Position numbers and translations under genes: made by a program | Notes under the pieces: generated by a model | Told to the model about the DNA's origin: nothing | Seen by the model: the letters and a program-made list of their open reading frames with translations, nothing else | The model's database searches: none | Part shown: positions 52,538 through 62,406 of the stretch, in pieces | How the letters are laid out: every line of letters begins with the position of its first letter | Position numbering within the stretch: position 1 is the stretch's first letter | Assembly (NCBI GenBank): GCA_016839555.1 | Contig: JAEOUA010000005.1 | Location: forward strand, 96,595 to 160,594 | DNA: 64,000 nt | DNA from: Promethearchaeota archaeon | Lineage (GTDB): Archaea > Asgardarchaeota > Lokiarchaeia > Sigyniarchaeales > SOKP01 | Reading direction: 5' to 3'

Positions 52538-55069
52538 ATGAGCTTGCAGAGATCTCTTAATGGGCGTATAATTAGCCCTAAAGAGGGTTATATTTTCGAT
52601 TTTGTGACTAATAAAGAAATAAAAGCCACACCAGAGGAATTAGATGCTATACAACCCTTTCAAAAAAAATTGGTAAAAGAATTAAATTATTCAAAAAAAC
52701 TAATTCAGACAAGACCACAATATTATATTAAAAAAGGAACTCAGAAAATTGGACCAGTAGATATAGCGGTTTTTGAAACTCCTAAAAAAACTCCAGATAA
52801 TTTGTATATTATAGTTGAATGCAAATCTAAAACTAGAAAAGATGGAAAAGAACAATTAAAATCATATATGAATCCCTCTCCTGCCGTAATAGGTGTATGG
52901 TTTAATGGTTTAGAACATTTATATCTAAGAAAAGTTATTAAGAAGGATTATAAAATATCATATGAAGAAATTCCAAATTTACCAAGAAAAGGGGAAAGAA
53001 TTGAAGATATTGGTAAATATAAAAGAAAAGATCTTATTAAACCAAGAAACCTTACTTTAATATTTAAAGATATAAGAAATCATTTAGCTGGAACTTTAAT
53101 CGGAATAACTAGAGATGAGACAATTGCTACTCAAATCATTAATTTATTGGTTTGTAAAATTTACGACGAAATGAATAAGAATCCTAATGAACAAATATCC
53201 TTCAGAGTTGGGATAGGTGAAGATTCTAATGATGTAAGAAAAAGAATTGAATCTTTATTTTATAATGTTAGAAGTGAATATAGTAATATTTTTGATCCAA
53301 ACGATAAAATTGAGATAGATAATAAAGCTCTAAAATATATTGTGGGAGCATTACAGAACTATAGTTTAACAGAAGCAAATCGGGATGCTATAAGAAAAGC
53401 CTTCGAAGTTTTTATTGGACCTGCTTTAAGAGGCAGTGAGGGCCAATTTTTTACACCTAGAAATGTAGTGACAACATGTGTTAAGATATTAAATCCAAAT
53501 CCAGGAGATAAAATTATTGACCCGGCTTGTGGTTCTGGGGGGTTTTTAGTTATTGCTTTAACATATATTTGGGAAGAACTTCAAAATGAACGACTTGAAA
53601 AAAAATGGTCACAGAGGTTATTTTATGAAAAATGGAATAATATTCTTTTAAAATGTTTTAAAGGAATCGATAAAGATAGATTTTTAACTAAAGTTACAAG
53701 AGCCTATATGGCAATATTAGGAAATGGTAAGGAAAATATCTTCTGCGAAAATTCATTAGAATTACCAACAAACTGGAAAGATGCAACAAAAGTTAGTATT
53801 AAATTAAATTCTTTTGATTTCCTTCTAACCAATCCTCCTTTTGGTTCAAAAATAAAAATCAAAAATAAAACTATTTTATCTCAATATGATTTATCTCATA
53901 AATGGAAAACAACCGATGGAATAATAGAAAAAACTAATAAAATAAAAAAGAATCGACCACCTCAAATTTTGTTTATCGAGAGATGTCTTCAATTTCTTAA
54001 AAAGGGAGGGAAAATGGCGATAGTTTTACCTGAAGGAATTTTGGGAAATCCTACTCAAGAATATATAAGAAAATATATTATGAATAATGCTAAAATATTA
54101 GCTGTCATTGATGCTCCAATCGAAACATTTCTACCTAATACATCTACAAAAACTTGTATTTTATTTTTACAAAAGGAACCTACTAATAAAGATTATAATA
54201 TTTTCATGGCTATTGCTGATAAATGTGGTCATGATTCGAGAGACAATATAATTTATAAAATGAATAATAAAGGGGAGATTCTTTATGATGAGAATGGAAA
54301 TAAAATTATTGATGATGATTTCCCTATAATAACCAATAAGTATAAAGAGATTAAAGATAAATATATCTCAAAATATGATAAAAATGGTTTTCTCATACCT
54401 GTTTCAAAACTTAGGTCTCGTAGTCTAATACCTCGATTTTATGATCCCACTATAAAAAAGGATTTAAAAAAGTTAGAATCAAATTATAATTTAGTAACAA
54501 TACAGGAATTAATTGATCAAGGATTAATTTCTATTTTTAGCGGACAAGGAGTAAAAAAAAAGTATTATGGAACTGGAGATATTCCATATATACGAACATC
54601 AGATATAACAAATTGGGAATTAAAAATTGACCCAACTCATAGCGTATCAGAAGAAATATATGAAAAATTTAAACAAGATTTAAAAATAAATGATATATTA
54701 TTTGTTCAAGATGGGGGTAGACTAATTGGAAAGACTTGTATGTTGTCAGAAAAAAGAGATATAAAATCATTAATACAGAGTCATTTCCAAATTATTAGAA
54801 TCGAGGATTATAAAAAATTAAATCCTTTCTTGTTTTTTTATCTATTAAATACCTCAATTGTTCAAAAACAAATCAATGCAAACATAGTTATTCAATCTAC
54901 AATTGCCACGATTGGAGATCGTATTAAGGATATAATTCTACCTATTCCAAAAAGTAATGAATTAGAAGAAATAATTGTTAATAAAGTAAAAGGCATTATA
55001 AAACAACGAGCTATCCTTAGGAAAAAAATTGAGGCAATTTCATCTGAATATTTAGAAGATATAATATAA
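52538..55069 (+). CDS. Single-chain restriction-modification protein (HsdR_N-like nuclease + N6-adenine MTase + one TRD; type IIG-like)
   Basis: VDIAVF..IIVECK nuclease motif, GQFFTPR, DPACGSGGF, TNPPFG, C-terminal HsdS-like TRD (IPYIRTSDI..ILPIP). Confidence 0.85.
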   Translation: MSLQRSLNGRIISPKEGYIFDFVTNKEIKATPEELDAIQPFQKKLVKELNYSKKLIQTRPQYYIKKGTQKIGPVDIAVFETPKKTPDNLYIIVECKSKTRKDGKEQLKSYMNPSPAVIGVWFNGLEHLYLRKVIKKDYKISYEEIPNLPRKGERIEDIGKYKRKDLIKPRNLTLIFKDIRNHLAGTLIGITRDETIATQIINLLVCKIYDEMNKNPNEQISFRVGIGEDSNDVRKRIESLFYNVRSEYSNIFDPNDKIEIDNKALKYIVGALQNYSLTEANRDAIRKAFEVFIGPALRGSEGQFFTPRNVVTTCVKILNPNPGDKIIDPACGSGGFLVIALTYIWEELQNERLEKKWSQRLFYEKWNNILLKCFKGIDKDRFLTKVTRAYMAILGNGKENIFCENSLELPTNWKDATKVSIKLNSFDFLLTNPPFGSKIKIKNKTILSQYDLSHKWKTTDGIIEKTNKIKKNRPPQILFIERCLQFLKKGGKMAIVLPEGILGNPTQEYIRKYIMNNAKILAVIDAPIETFLPNTSTKTCILFLQKEPTNKDYNIFMAIADKCGHDSRDNIIYKMNNKGEILYDENGNKIIDDDFPIITNKYKEIKDKYISKYDKNGFLIPVSKLRSRSLIPRFYDPTIKKDLKKLESNYNLVTIQELIDQGLISIFSGQGVKKKYYGTGDIPYIRTSDITNWELKIDPTHSVSEEIYEKFKQDLKINDILFVQDGGRLIGKTCMLSEKRDIKSLIQSHFQIIRIEDYKKLNPFLFFYLLNTSIVQKQINANIVIQSTIATIGDRIKDIILPIPKSNELEEIIVNKVKGIIKQRAILRKKIEAISSEYLEDII

Positions 55070-55182
55070 TATTTTTTTAATTTATCAATTATTGAATTTT
55101 TGAATTTAATCAGATTTAATTAAATTATTATAATTATTTATCAATCAATAATTAGGTTAAATTAAAGTTAATAAGATCAAAA

Positions 55183-55950
55183 ATGTTGCACTTTGGAGAG
55201 TATATTGAATTTTCAAAAGAAAAGCGTTTTGGAGTTATCAAATTAAATCGCACCCATAGATCGAATGCTTTTACCATTGATTTTTTAAGAGATTTAAGAG
55301 ATGCTATTACCTATTGCCAAGATGCTGAAAATATTAGAGGCATCCTCCTCACAAATAATGGGGATTCTTTTAGTACAGGTATGGATTTAGATTATATTGA
55401 TGGAAGTGACCATGCTGCCGTAAAACAGTTAGAAGGAACTGCTGCAGATATATGCAAATTAATATTTAACGGAAAGCCAGCAATTTGTGCAGTTAATGGT
55501 CGAACTATGGGGGAGGGTGTTGTGTTTATGATCTGTTGTGATTATCGAATCGCAACTAGCAATAGTTTTTTCCAAATGCCTGAGATTTATTCAGGTATCT
55601 TTCCTGGAACGGGATGTACCATTCTATTCACTAAAATTATAGGATCTCCGTGGACAAAACGAATGCTTATGTTTTCTGAGAGAATAACTCCTGAAACGGC
55701 TGTTAAAATAAATTTAATAGATGAAATTGCTGAATCAGAAGGAAAATTAATGAAAATGGCACTTGAAAAAGCGCGCTTCTTATCCACGAAAAACCAAACC
55801 GTTCTTAATGCTATAAAACTCTGTTCAAACCATTTTATAGATAAGTCTTATGATGATGCATATGAACTTGAAAAACAAGCATCTGCTTGGTATGAATTTG
55901 AAGATAAACAAAAATTCCTTAAAAAATTTAGGAAAAATTTCTCGAAATAA
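55183..55950 (+). CDS. Enoyl-CoA hydratase/isomerase family protein
   Basis: LNR..RSNAF, FSTGMDL, CDYRIA, MPEIYSGIFPG. Confidence 0.88.
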   Translation: MLHFGEYIEFSKEKRFGVIKLNRTHRSNAFTIDFLRDLRDAITYCQDAENIRGILLTNNGDSFSTGMDLDYIDGSDHAAVKQLEGTAADICKLIFNGKPAICAVNGRTMGEGVVFMICCDYRIATSNSFFQMPEIYSGIFPGTGCTILFTKIIGSPWTKRMLMFSERITPETAVKINLIDEIAESEGKLMKMALEKARFLSTKNQTVLNAIKLCSNHFIDKSYDDAYELEKQASAWYEFEDKQKFLKKFRKNFSK

Positions 55951-56004
55951 AACAAAATAAAAAATAAAAAAAATAATTGATTTTTTAATATTTTCCTTAT
56001 CGGT

Positions 56005-56670
56005 TTATTCTGATTTGTGGAATACTGCAAGTGAGAATGGAATTAGCCATAGAAGGATTGAAAAAAGTAAAAGCCATTCAAATAAAGGATTCGAGATGAT
56101 AACAAACAAAATTAAGAAAGTTAAAGGACCAATGACCCCATAAGCTCCTAAAAGTTTAGGAACTTTAGTTTTATAGAAGATTATAAACCATCCAGTAAAG
56201 AAGGCATTAAGTGTAAATCCACCGAAAGCCAGCTCAGAAGTGAGACCATGCAGGCCAAAAAAGTTTCTATCTTCGCTGAATATTCCCACTCCAATATAGG
56301 ATATAGCTCCCATTAAACCGAAAACAAAGGCAGCTTCTGCAAATCTTATTCTCATTCTAGTAGTATTTTTTAAATCTGGTGTAAGAAACTCTTCTATGTA
56401 AAATATAAAGGGAATAGATAAAGTACCCGCAGCTATACAAGCAATATCATATAAATAAGGGGCGGGAGTATATTTTCCCCCTCCTAAATCGCTAATCCAA
56501 TTATCCCATATGGTATATCCTGTCGCAAGAGTCGCAATAATATGTCCTACTATTAATAAACCAATATAAATTCCCATTAAGCTGTACATGATAAGCTTAA
56601 CAATTTTTTCATTGATAATTTTTTTAGAGATGTTAGATCGAACCCGATTTATAGATTCTCTTAATGTCAT
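56005..56670 (-). CDS. DUF998-like membrane protein
   Basis: GYTIWDNWISDLG, GVGIFSED, H, and EW in the last helix. Confidence 0.7.
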   Translation of the reverse strand: MTLRESINRVRSNISKKIINEKIVKLIMYSLMGIYIGLLIVGHIIATLATGYTIWDNWISDLGGGKYTPAPYLYDIACIAAGTLSIPFIFYIEEFLTPDLKNTTRMRIRFAEAAFVFGLMGAISYIGVGIFSEDRNFFGLHGLTSELAFGGFTLNAFFTGWFIIFYKTKVPKLLGAYGVIGPLTFLILFVIISNPLFEWLLLFSILLWLIPFSLAVFHKSE

Positions 56671-56888
56671 AACTCATCATTTAAAATTTTTTAAATATGT
56701 ATCTTTTAATTATTATTTGTTCACATTGATATTTAAAAATTCAATATTAAAGAGAAGATATTCATTAATTAAACTGATTCCTATTGTAATTATATGAAGC
56801 TAAATGAATTTTAGGATATTTTTTTATGAAAAGAAAATAAAAGGCAAATCATCATATTAAATAAAATTGAAAGAAAGAACTTTCTTGA

Positions 56889-57437
56889 TTATTGCCATTT
56901 TGTTTTTAAATCTTTTCGAGTCAATTTGCTCACCAGATCAATAGAGAAGTAAATAAAATCACAGCATTTCTTTTCCCAGATATGTTGTTCCTTATATTTC
57001 TGATAATCTTTAGATAAATCTAAGCCAACTAAGTCATGACAGCTTACAGAACCAAATTTTTCTTCAAATTTATAAGCAAACTGTATTGCCTTTGTAAAAA
57101 CTAAGGGAACTTGTTGAGATTTAGTGTTCTCATGATCTCCCATTATGATCCCAATAGCTGCTATTGCGCCAGACACAACTCCACATGGACCCTTCCATCC
57201 TTTATCACTTATATAGGAGCCAAAACCACTAAAAGGAATTGCAAGATTATTATAATAACAACTGTCGAATTCTTCTAAATCCAGCACATCCAAAATATTA
57301 ATAAAAGTGTGTCTTGCGCAGCTATTTCCAAATTCTCTACCAGTAGGAGGTAAAGTCTCTTTTAATTCCTCAATTTTATCCTTGAACCTTTGAAATATAT
57401 CTTTTTTAGGGGATTTAGTTTGTTGCATATCTTTCAT
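56889..57437 (-). CDS. C_GCAxxG_C_C family putative redox-active protein
   Basis: SCA, GPCGVVSGA, FGSVSC, KCC. Start uncertain. Confidence 0.8.
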   Translation of the reverse strand: MKDMQQTKSPKKDIFQRFKDKIEELKETLPPTGREFGNSCARHTFINILDVLDLEEFDSCYYNNLAIPFSGFGSYISDKGWKGPCGVVSGAIAAIGIIMGDHENTKSQQVPLVFTKAIQFAYKFEEKFGSVSCHDLVGLDLSKDYQKYKEQHIWEKKCCDFIYFSIDLVSKLTRKDLKTKWQ

Positions 57438-57657
57438 AATAAATTTGAATTTATAAAAATTTCGGCTTAAAAACTTCATAATATTACACAACAACTAGTT
57501 TCGAAGAGAAACTTAGAAAATTTTGCTGATTTTCTATTTAAAAATAGCATAGGAATAGAATTTAATATTATTTTAATTGAAGTAAAGATTTGTTTTAATC
57601 CAAATAATATTCAAAATTTTTTCAGTTATCATTTCTTATTTTGAAAATACTAGAAAT

Positions 57658-58167
57658 TCATGAGAAAAAAAACATCAGTATTATAAGAGTTGGTAATAAA
57701 CTAATAGAATTGAACACAATACCTATAATTCCTAACACACTCCCAGCTTTCCGAAGACCAGATACAGGTTCTATTTCTTCAGATCGTTTTTTGTAAGTCC
57801 TTGATAAAATACCAAAAGTTAAACCAATAATAGTCAAAATAGTTAACAATATCAAAAAAGGCCATAAATATATTGCGGGAAAGGTTAAAAACCCAGTTAT
57901 ATCTCCAATAATAAACGATATAAGAGCACAGGCAAAACAACTTTTTGCGTATTTATTTGGAATACCTTGTTTATTGATTTGTTGTAGCTGAGGTGTTTGT
58001 TGATTGTAAATCTCCGTTTGAGGATTTAATGCATTTTTTGAATAGCTATTAGATTCAACCTCCTCTATTGCATACCCTGGAATTAATTCTTTAAGGTTTG
58101 CTCCACAAACTTGACAGAATTTTTGGTTCGGATTAATTAATTTTTCTCCGCAATTTGGACAAAACAT
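57658..58167 (-). CDS. Zinc-ribbon membrane protein
   Basis: MFCPNCG...KFCQVCG plus 3 C-terminal TM helices. Confidence 0.8.
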   Translation of the reverse strand: MFCPNCGEKLINPNQKFCQVCGANLKELIPGYAIEEVESNSYSKNALNPQTEIYNQQTPQLQQINKQGIPNKYAKSCFACALISFIIGDITGFLTFPAIYLWPFLILLTILTIIGLTFGILSRTYKKRSEEIEPVSGLRKAGSVLGIIGIVFNSISLLPTLIILMFFFS

Positions 58168-58349
58168 TCAATTTCAGCTCATTATTCAAATTAGTATTGA
58201 AATAATTATATTTAAAAGGTATATGTTTTATTTAAATATTTTGGAGTAAAAAATATAGAAGATTTTGATTTTTATTAATAATTATCTCCCAAAATTAAAG
58301 TATAACGGTATCAATTTTTTTAATATATTAAGGGAATAAAGAATTTACT

Positions 58350-58735
58350 ATTAAAGCTATAATGCCAGATTTTGCAACAACTTATTTACTTCCCTTCATC
58401 ATAGGATTTCAAAAAGCAAAGGAATTATTTTACTTGGGGGATCGCATTCCAGCTAAAAAAGCTTTTGAAATGGAATTAGGAATTAATAAAGTACTCCCAC
58501 ATAATAAATTAATGGAATATTCTAAAGAACAAGCAATGCATTTAATACCTCCTAAAGGACAAGGTTTGGCAATTAAATTAATCAAAAAAAAATACATACC
58601 TATTTTCGAGAAATAATTGAAAAGCAGTTAGATTTAGAAAACAAAGCATGGCGGAGAACTTTAAAAAGTAAAGATTTTAAACTATCTCTTATCGCACTAA
58701 AAGAAAAAAAAGCTACCGAATTTATTGGTAAATAG
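58350..58735 (+). pseudogene. 5'-truncated, frameshifted enoyl-CoA hydratase paralog of 20606-21421
   Basis: LLPFIIGFQKAKEL...LIPPK, frameshift in A9 (58584-58592), then HTYFREII..LDLEN..SKDFK..FIGK*. Confidence 0.8.
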
Positions 58736-58872
58736 TTAATTTAAAAAATAAAGCAATTCTTTTGTTAGTTCTTTGAAAAGAAAAATTTTATTTTGGAAGT
58801 AAATAATACTAAAACAAGAACTAATTTAGAGAAAAATATTGAGTAAAACTTAGAAAATATAGGTGATATAAG

Positions 58873-59160
58873 TTGGCGCCAGAAAATGATAATTCTAACG
58901 TATATATTGGAAAGAAGAGATCAATGAATTATGTCATGTCAGCTATGGGCTCTTTAAATGAAGGAAAGCCCGCCAAATTGCTCGCGAGAGGAAGGTCCAT
59001 TTCTAGGGCTGTAGATGTAGGTGAATTATTAATTAGGAAATTTGCCAAGGGAACCAAATACGGCGAAATAAATATTACAACTGAAAAAGTAACGAATAAA
59101 GACGGCAGCGAGAGTAATGTCTCTGCAATCGAGATTGAAATATTACCTGCTGAAAAATAA
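58873..59160 (+). CDS. albA: Alba DNA/RNA-binding protein
   Basis: YIGKK..MNYV, LARGRSISRAVDV, VSAIEI; AGGTGA RBS with TTG start. Confidence 0.9.
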   Translation: MAPENDNSNVYIGKKRSMNYVMSAMGSLNEGKPAKLLARGRSISRAVDVGELLIRKFAKGTKYGEINITTEKVTNKDGSESNVSAIEIEILPAEK

Positions 59161-59250
59161 TCAAGAGATAATAGCCTTTATTTTTATCTTCTTAATAATA
59201 TGCTAATATCTTTTTTTTTATTTTTTATTTTTTCTTTATTTCTTTTTAAA

Positions 59251-59550
59251 TTATAAGTCTTTCTTAAGTTCTTCCAGTTTAGCCTGAAATTGGTCTATAT
59301 CGGTGGATGTAACTGTATCATCATTTATTTTTTCGAGAAGCGAAATAAAAGGATTAACAATGGGATGTTGTATTATCGTACAGGTTTGATCTAAAGTATT
59401 AACCTCATAGATTAATGCGGATTCAGCTTCATTAGCAATGCCTAAAATATCTTTTAATAAAAGCTTGTTGCCGTCTGAATAAGATAAAAGAACCACATCT
59501 TCTGCGAGTTGATTATCTACTTTTTTGTCGATTATCTTAAATTCGCACAA
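59251..59550 (-). CDS. CooT-family nickel-binding protein
   Basis: N-terminal MCE, EDVV, LKDILG; close to the CODH/ACS genes. Confidence 0.7.
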   Translation of the reverse strand: MCEFKIIDKKVDNQLAEDVVLLSYSDGNKLLLKDILGIANEAESALIYEVNTLDQTCTIIQHPIVNPFISLLEKINDDTVTSTDIDQFQAKLEELKKDL

Positions 59551-59712
59551 CTAAATTCACACAAATTAAGTTAAATTTAATTATATTATAACTTAATATA
59601 ATATTTTGCTTCAAATAAATCTCATTCTTTATTAATTTAATTTGTAAAAATCTCTTATATATTTCTTAAAGGAAGAATTAGATCTAAACTATATTATTAG
59701 TACAATTTTTAT

Positions 59713-60564
59713 TTATAAATCTCTTATTTCTTTAAGCAAATCAGAAGCCTCTTTTCTTTTCCTTTCCAATAGCTCCTTAAGTTCAGATGATTCATCTTGA
59801 TTAAGAATTCTTTCTTCAAGAATTTCAATAGCCATATAAATACTTTGAAGAGCATTTCCTAAATCGTGAGAATATTTATCTTTTAGGACATATTTTTGAG
59901 AATCTGATAACTTAAATTCTAAATAAATAGTAAAAATTGTTAAAAGAACGGTTAATAAAAAAAGATAACCGTAATTAAGGATTATGAATAGTGTGTCTTC
60001 TGCAAAATATAAACCAAAACTATAACCCTTCATTTGAATAAGAATTCCAATAGGTAAATATGCAATGATCATTCCTACTATACTATATAGAAACCCTTTT
60101 TTAGGTGTTTCAAGAATTATTTTATCTTTTTTCAATTTTATTAAAAGAAAGATTAAATTACTAATCCATATAATGTTTAATATTAAAGAGCAAAAGCGTA
60201 TTGTTAAAGGAAAACCAAAGACAAAAAGGAGCATATAGTTCATTACCACAATAACCGAAATGGTATAAATCAAAATTTTTTTAGACACTTCAATAAAAAA
60301 TAGATTAAATCCATAACAGAGAAATATTATTGCCGATAAAGATAAAATAGCATTATGAAATATAATCAAATACATATATATTTCATTTTCAACAAATACT
60401 AAAAATAAGGCAGTAAATCCAGAAATTTCCCACAAAAGCCAACCAATTCCTAATATTAGATATTTTAAATTTTTTGTTACTTTATAAAAATTGCCGCAAA
60501 CTACAGTGTTAACCGCTCTTAACACTATCAAAACAATAGTGCTAAAGATTATTATTTGGTTCAT
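59713..60564 (-). CDS. 7TM sensor fused to a HisKA (DHp) domain, no ATPase domain
   Basis: About 7 TM helices, then H-box KYSHDLGNALQSI, ending after the second helix. Confidence 0.7.
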   Translation of the reverse strand: MNQIIIFSTIVLIVLRAVNTVVCGNFYKVTKNLKYLILGIGWLLWEISGFTALFLVFVENEIYMYLIIFHNAILSLSAIIFLCYGFNLFFIEVSKKILIYTISVIVVMNYMLLFVFGFPLTIRFCSLILNIIWISNLIFLLIKLKKDKIILETPKKGFLYSIVGMIIAYLPIGILIQMKGYSFGLYFAEDTLFIILNYGYLFLLTVLLTIFTIYLEFKLSDSQKYVLKDKYSHDLGNALQSIYMAIEILEERILNQDESSELKELLERKRKEASDLLKEIRDL

Positions 60565-60567
60565 TTT

Positions 60568-61299
60568 TCATTCCTTGACTTTTGGAGTGCAAAATTTTCT
60601 TAAAAACTTGGGAAAAATAAATCCTAGATAAAACTCTATAGATGATGAAATTAAAATGATTCTGGATAAAGCTAAAGTGATGAAATTTAAAGGTATAGAG
60701 GAATCTAAAAACCCTCCAATTGAGAATGATATAAAGGCTGCAATTAAAAATTTTCCTTGAATTTTTACCTCGGGATTTTTAGATTTTAATGAAAATATTC
60801 CAAAAAGAACTCCAGAGCATAACAGTATTAAAATTATCGTTATTAAATAGATCATAACAAATCCTTTAAATCTAATATCAATTATACTCTCTAATACTCC
60901 TAAAAATTGGGGATCTACTAAAATAAAATAAATATAAAAGATTTCAAAAATTATCCCTTCAACAGAAAAAAAAATAAGAATAATCTTACGATACTTCTCC
61001 CACATCAATTCTATAAATGCTTTTAAAAAAAATACTAAAAATATTGGCACAAAAGTTATCGTTGATAATAAATAAAGTTCAAGACTTATTCCTGTACCAA
61101 AAATCAAATATGTGATAAATGAAAGCGTAGAACCCCACCATGGACTAGTTATCCCAAACCAAGATAATCCCAAGTAAAGAAAGGCGGATTCCTTCAAAAT
61201 AAAATATTTGTAGCTAATTTTTATGCTAACCCCCCATGAAATTAATATCATTAAAGCGCTAAGTATTCCATTCACCATCTCAATTGGTTCATACACCAT
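60568..61299 (-). CDS. Stand-alone 7TM membrane protein
   Basis: About 7 TM helices; SPWWG and YLGFIFPK motifs. Confidence 0.75.
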   Translation of the reverse strand: MVYEPIEMVNGILSALMILISWGVSIKISYKYFILKESAFLYLGLSWFGITSPWWGSTLSFITYLIFGTGISLELYLLSTITFVPIFLVFFLKAFIELMWEKYRKIILIFFSVEGIIFEIFYIYFILVDPQFLGVLESIIDIRFKGFVMIYLITIILILLCSGVLFGIFSLKSKNPEVKIQGKFLIAAFISFSIGGFLDSSIPLNFITLALSRIILISSSIEFYLGFIFPKFLRKFCTPKVKE

Positions 61300-61780
61300 G
61301 ATTCATTTCCTTTTAACAATAATTCTCAAAATATTCAAAATTGATATTATAATATAAAATCTCTTAAATAATAGGATTAATACATTACATTAATTCTGCT
61401 AAAATAAAAATTTTTGTTATTTTCTAAAAAATTTTTAAATGAGATATAATTTTGAATCCTAAAATCTTATGAAAACAATTCTTACAATTCATAATCAACT
61501 TTCAAAAGCAGAAATAATTATAATCTTATGAACGGAATTATTTCTTCAAAAAAAAATCAATAAGAATGAAAAAAAATACAAAAAAAATCAAATCTAATTT
61601 TCAATTAAACTCCCCACTTATTTTTTCTCTTAAATTTTGTCTGTTTTGTTTTTTAGATAAAAAAAAAATTTTTTTAAGAATTGATTATAAATCTAATTAT
61701 CAGTAATACTTTAAATAGAAAATGTAAAAAAATTAGAATATAATTTGATGATGTAAATGTCACTTAAAAAAGAAACAGAT

Positions 61781-61786
61781 GGAGGT
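61781..61786 (+). promoter_or_regulatory. Shine-Dalgarno sequence for cdhB (ATG 61794)
   Basis: GGAGGT 7 nt upstream of ATG; TATA-like TTTAAATA at ~61710. Confidence 0.75.
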
Positions 61787-61793
61787 AAAACCC

Positions 61794-62356
61794 ATGGCTA
61801 GGCCATATCAGAAAGCTAAAGCTTTCCAAGTTATCACTTGGTGGCGGCGATTATCCCTGGGCCTGAAATGGGCACAACTGTGAGTGACCCCGAAGTAATG
61901 GCTAATATCATTAATGCACCAAAGAAAAAAGTCATGGTAATAGGATCTGAGTCTTTAACCTGGGAACTTGATGGGAAAAAGGTGATCGATTATTACATTG
62001 AAATTGCGAAAAAATTGGGCTGTAATGTAGTAGCTACGGGGCATACTTATAAATATTTGATTGAGAATCTTGGTGAGGATAAAGTACACGATATGAACTT
62101 GATTAATATAACAGATAGACTCTCAGATAAAGATTGGAAGGGATTAGACGGTGGGGGACAATATGAAATGGCAATTTTTGGAGGACATCTCGTTTTTTAT
62201 GTTAGCCAAACACTCAGTCGACTCAAAAATTTTACTAATTGGGTTAGAACCATTGATTTGGACAGATATGCCCATCCTAATGCTCGATTTAGTCTTCCTA
62301 ACTTGGAAATGCACGAATGGAAAGAATTCTTAGAGGGAGTTATAAAGAATTTATAA
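61794..62356 (+). CDS. cdhB: CO dehydrogenase/acetyl-CoA synthase epsilon subunit; proposed join(61794..61819,61852..62356)
   Basis: IPGP, DKDWKGLDGGGQY, LSRLKNF, RYAHPNARFSLPNL; directly upstream of cdhC. The 5' end is interrupted by a 32-nt insert. Confidence 0.85.
61820..61851 (+). other. Candidate bulge-helix-bulge/loop pre-mRNA intron (32 nt)
   Basis: AGCTTTCCAAGTTATCACTTGGTGGCGGCGAT; internal hairpin, AAA bulge at the 5' junction; removal restores the frame and ANIPGP. Confidence 0.6.
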
Positions 62357-62406
62357 ATTAATTAAATAAAAATAACTAAATAATTATATAAAAAGAGGTA
62401 AAAGTT

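Noticed and set aside
61812-61850. Programmed -1 frameshift as the explanation for split cdhB
   Set aside because: No X-XXY-YYZ slippery heptamer in the permissible interval, and it would add ~11 residues inside the KANIPGP motif
61838-61852. TTG/GTG start for cdhB as given by the ORF track
   Set aside because: No Shine-Dalgarno, buried in a hairpin, and it discards the PYQKA segment that follows the strong GGAGGT-ATG. Disfavoured but not formally excluded.
1347-62333. Numerous short ORFs antisense or out of frame within long genes (e.g. 1347, 6440, 16260, 33464, 36977, 39812, 62151)
   Set aside because: Shadow ORFs overlapping well-supported genes, with no motifs or RBS
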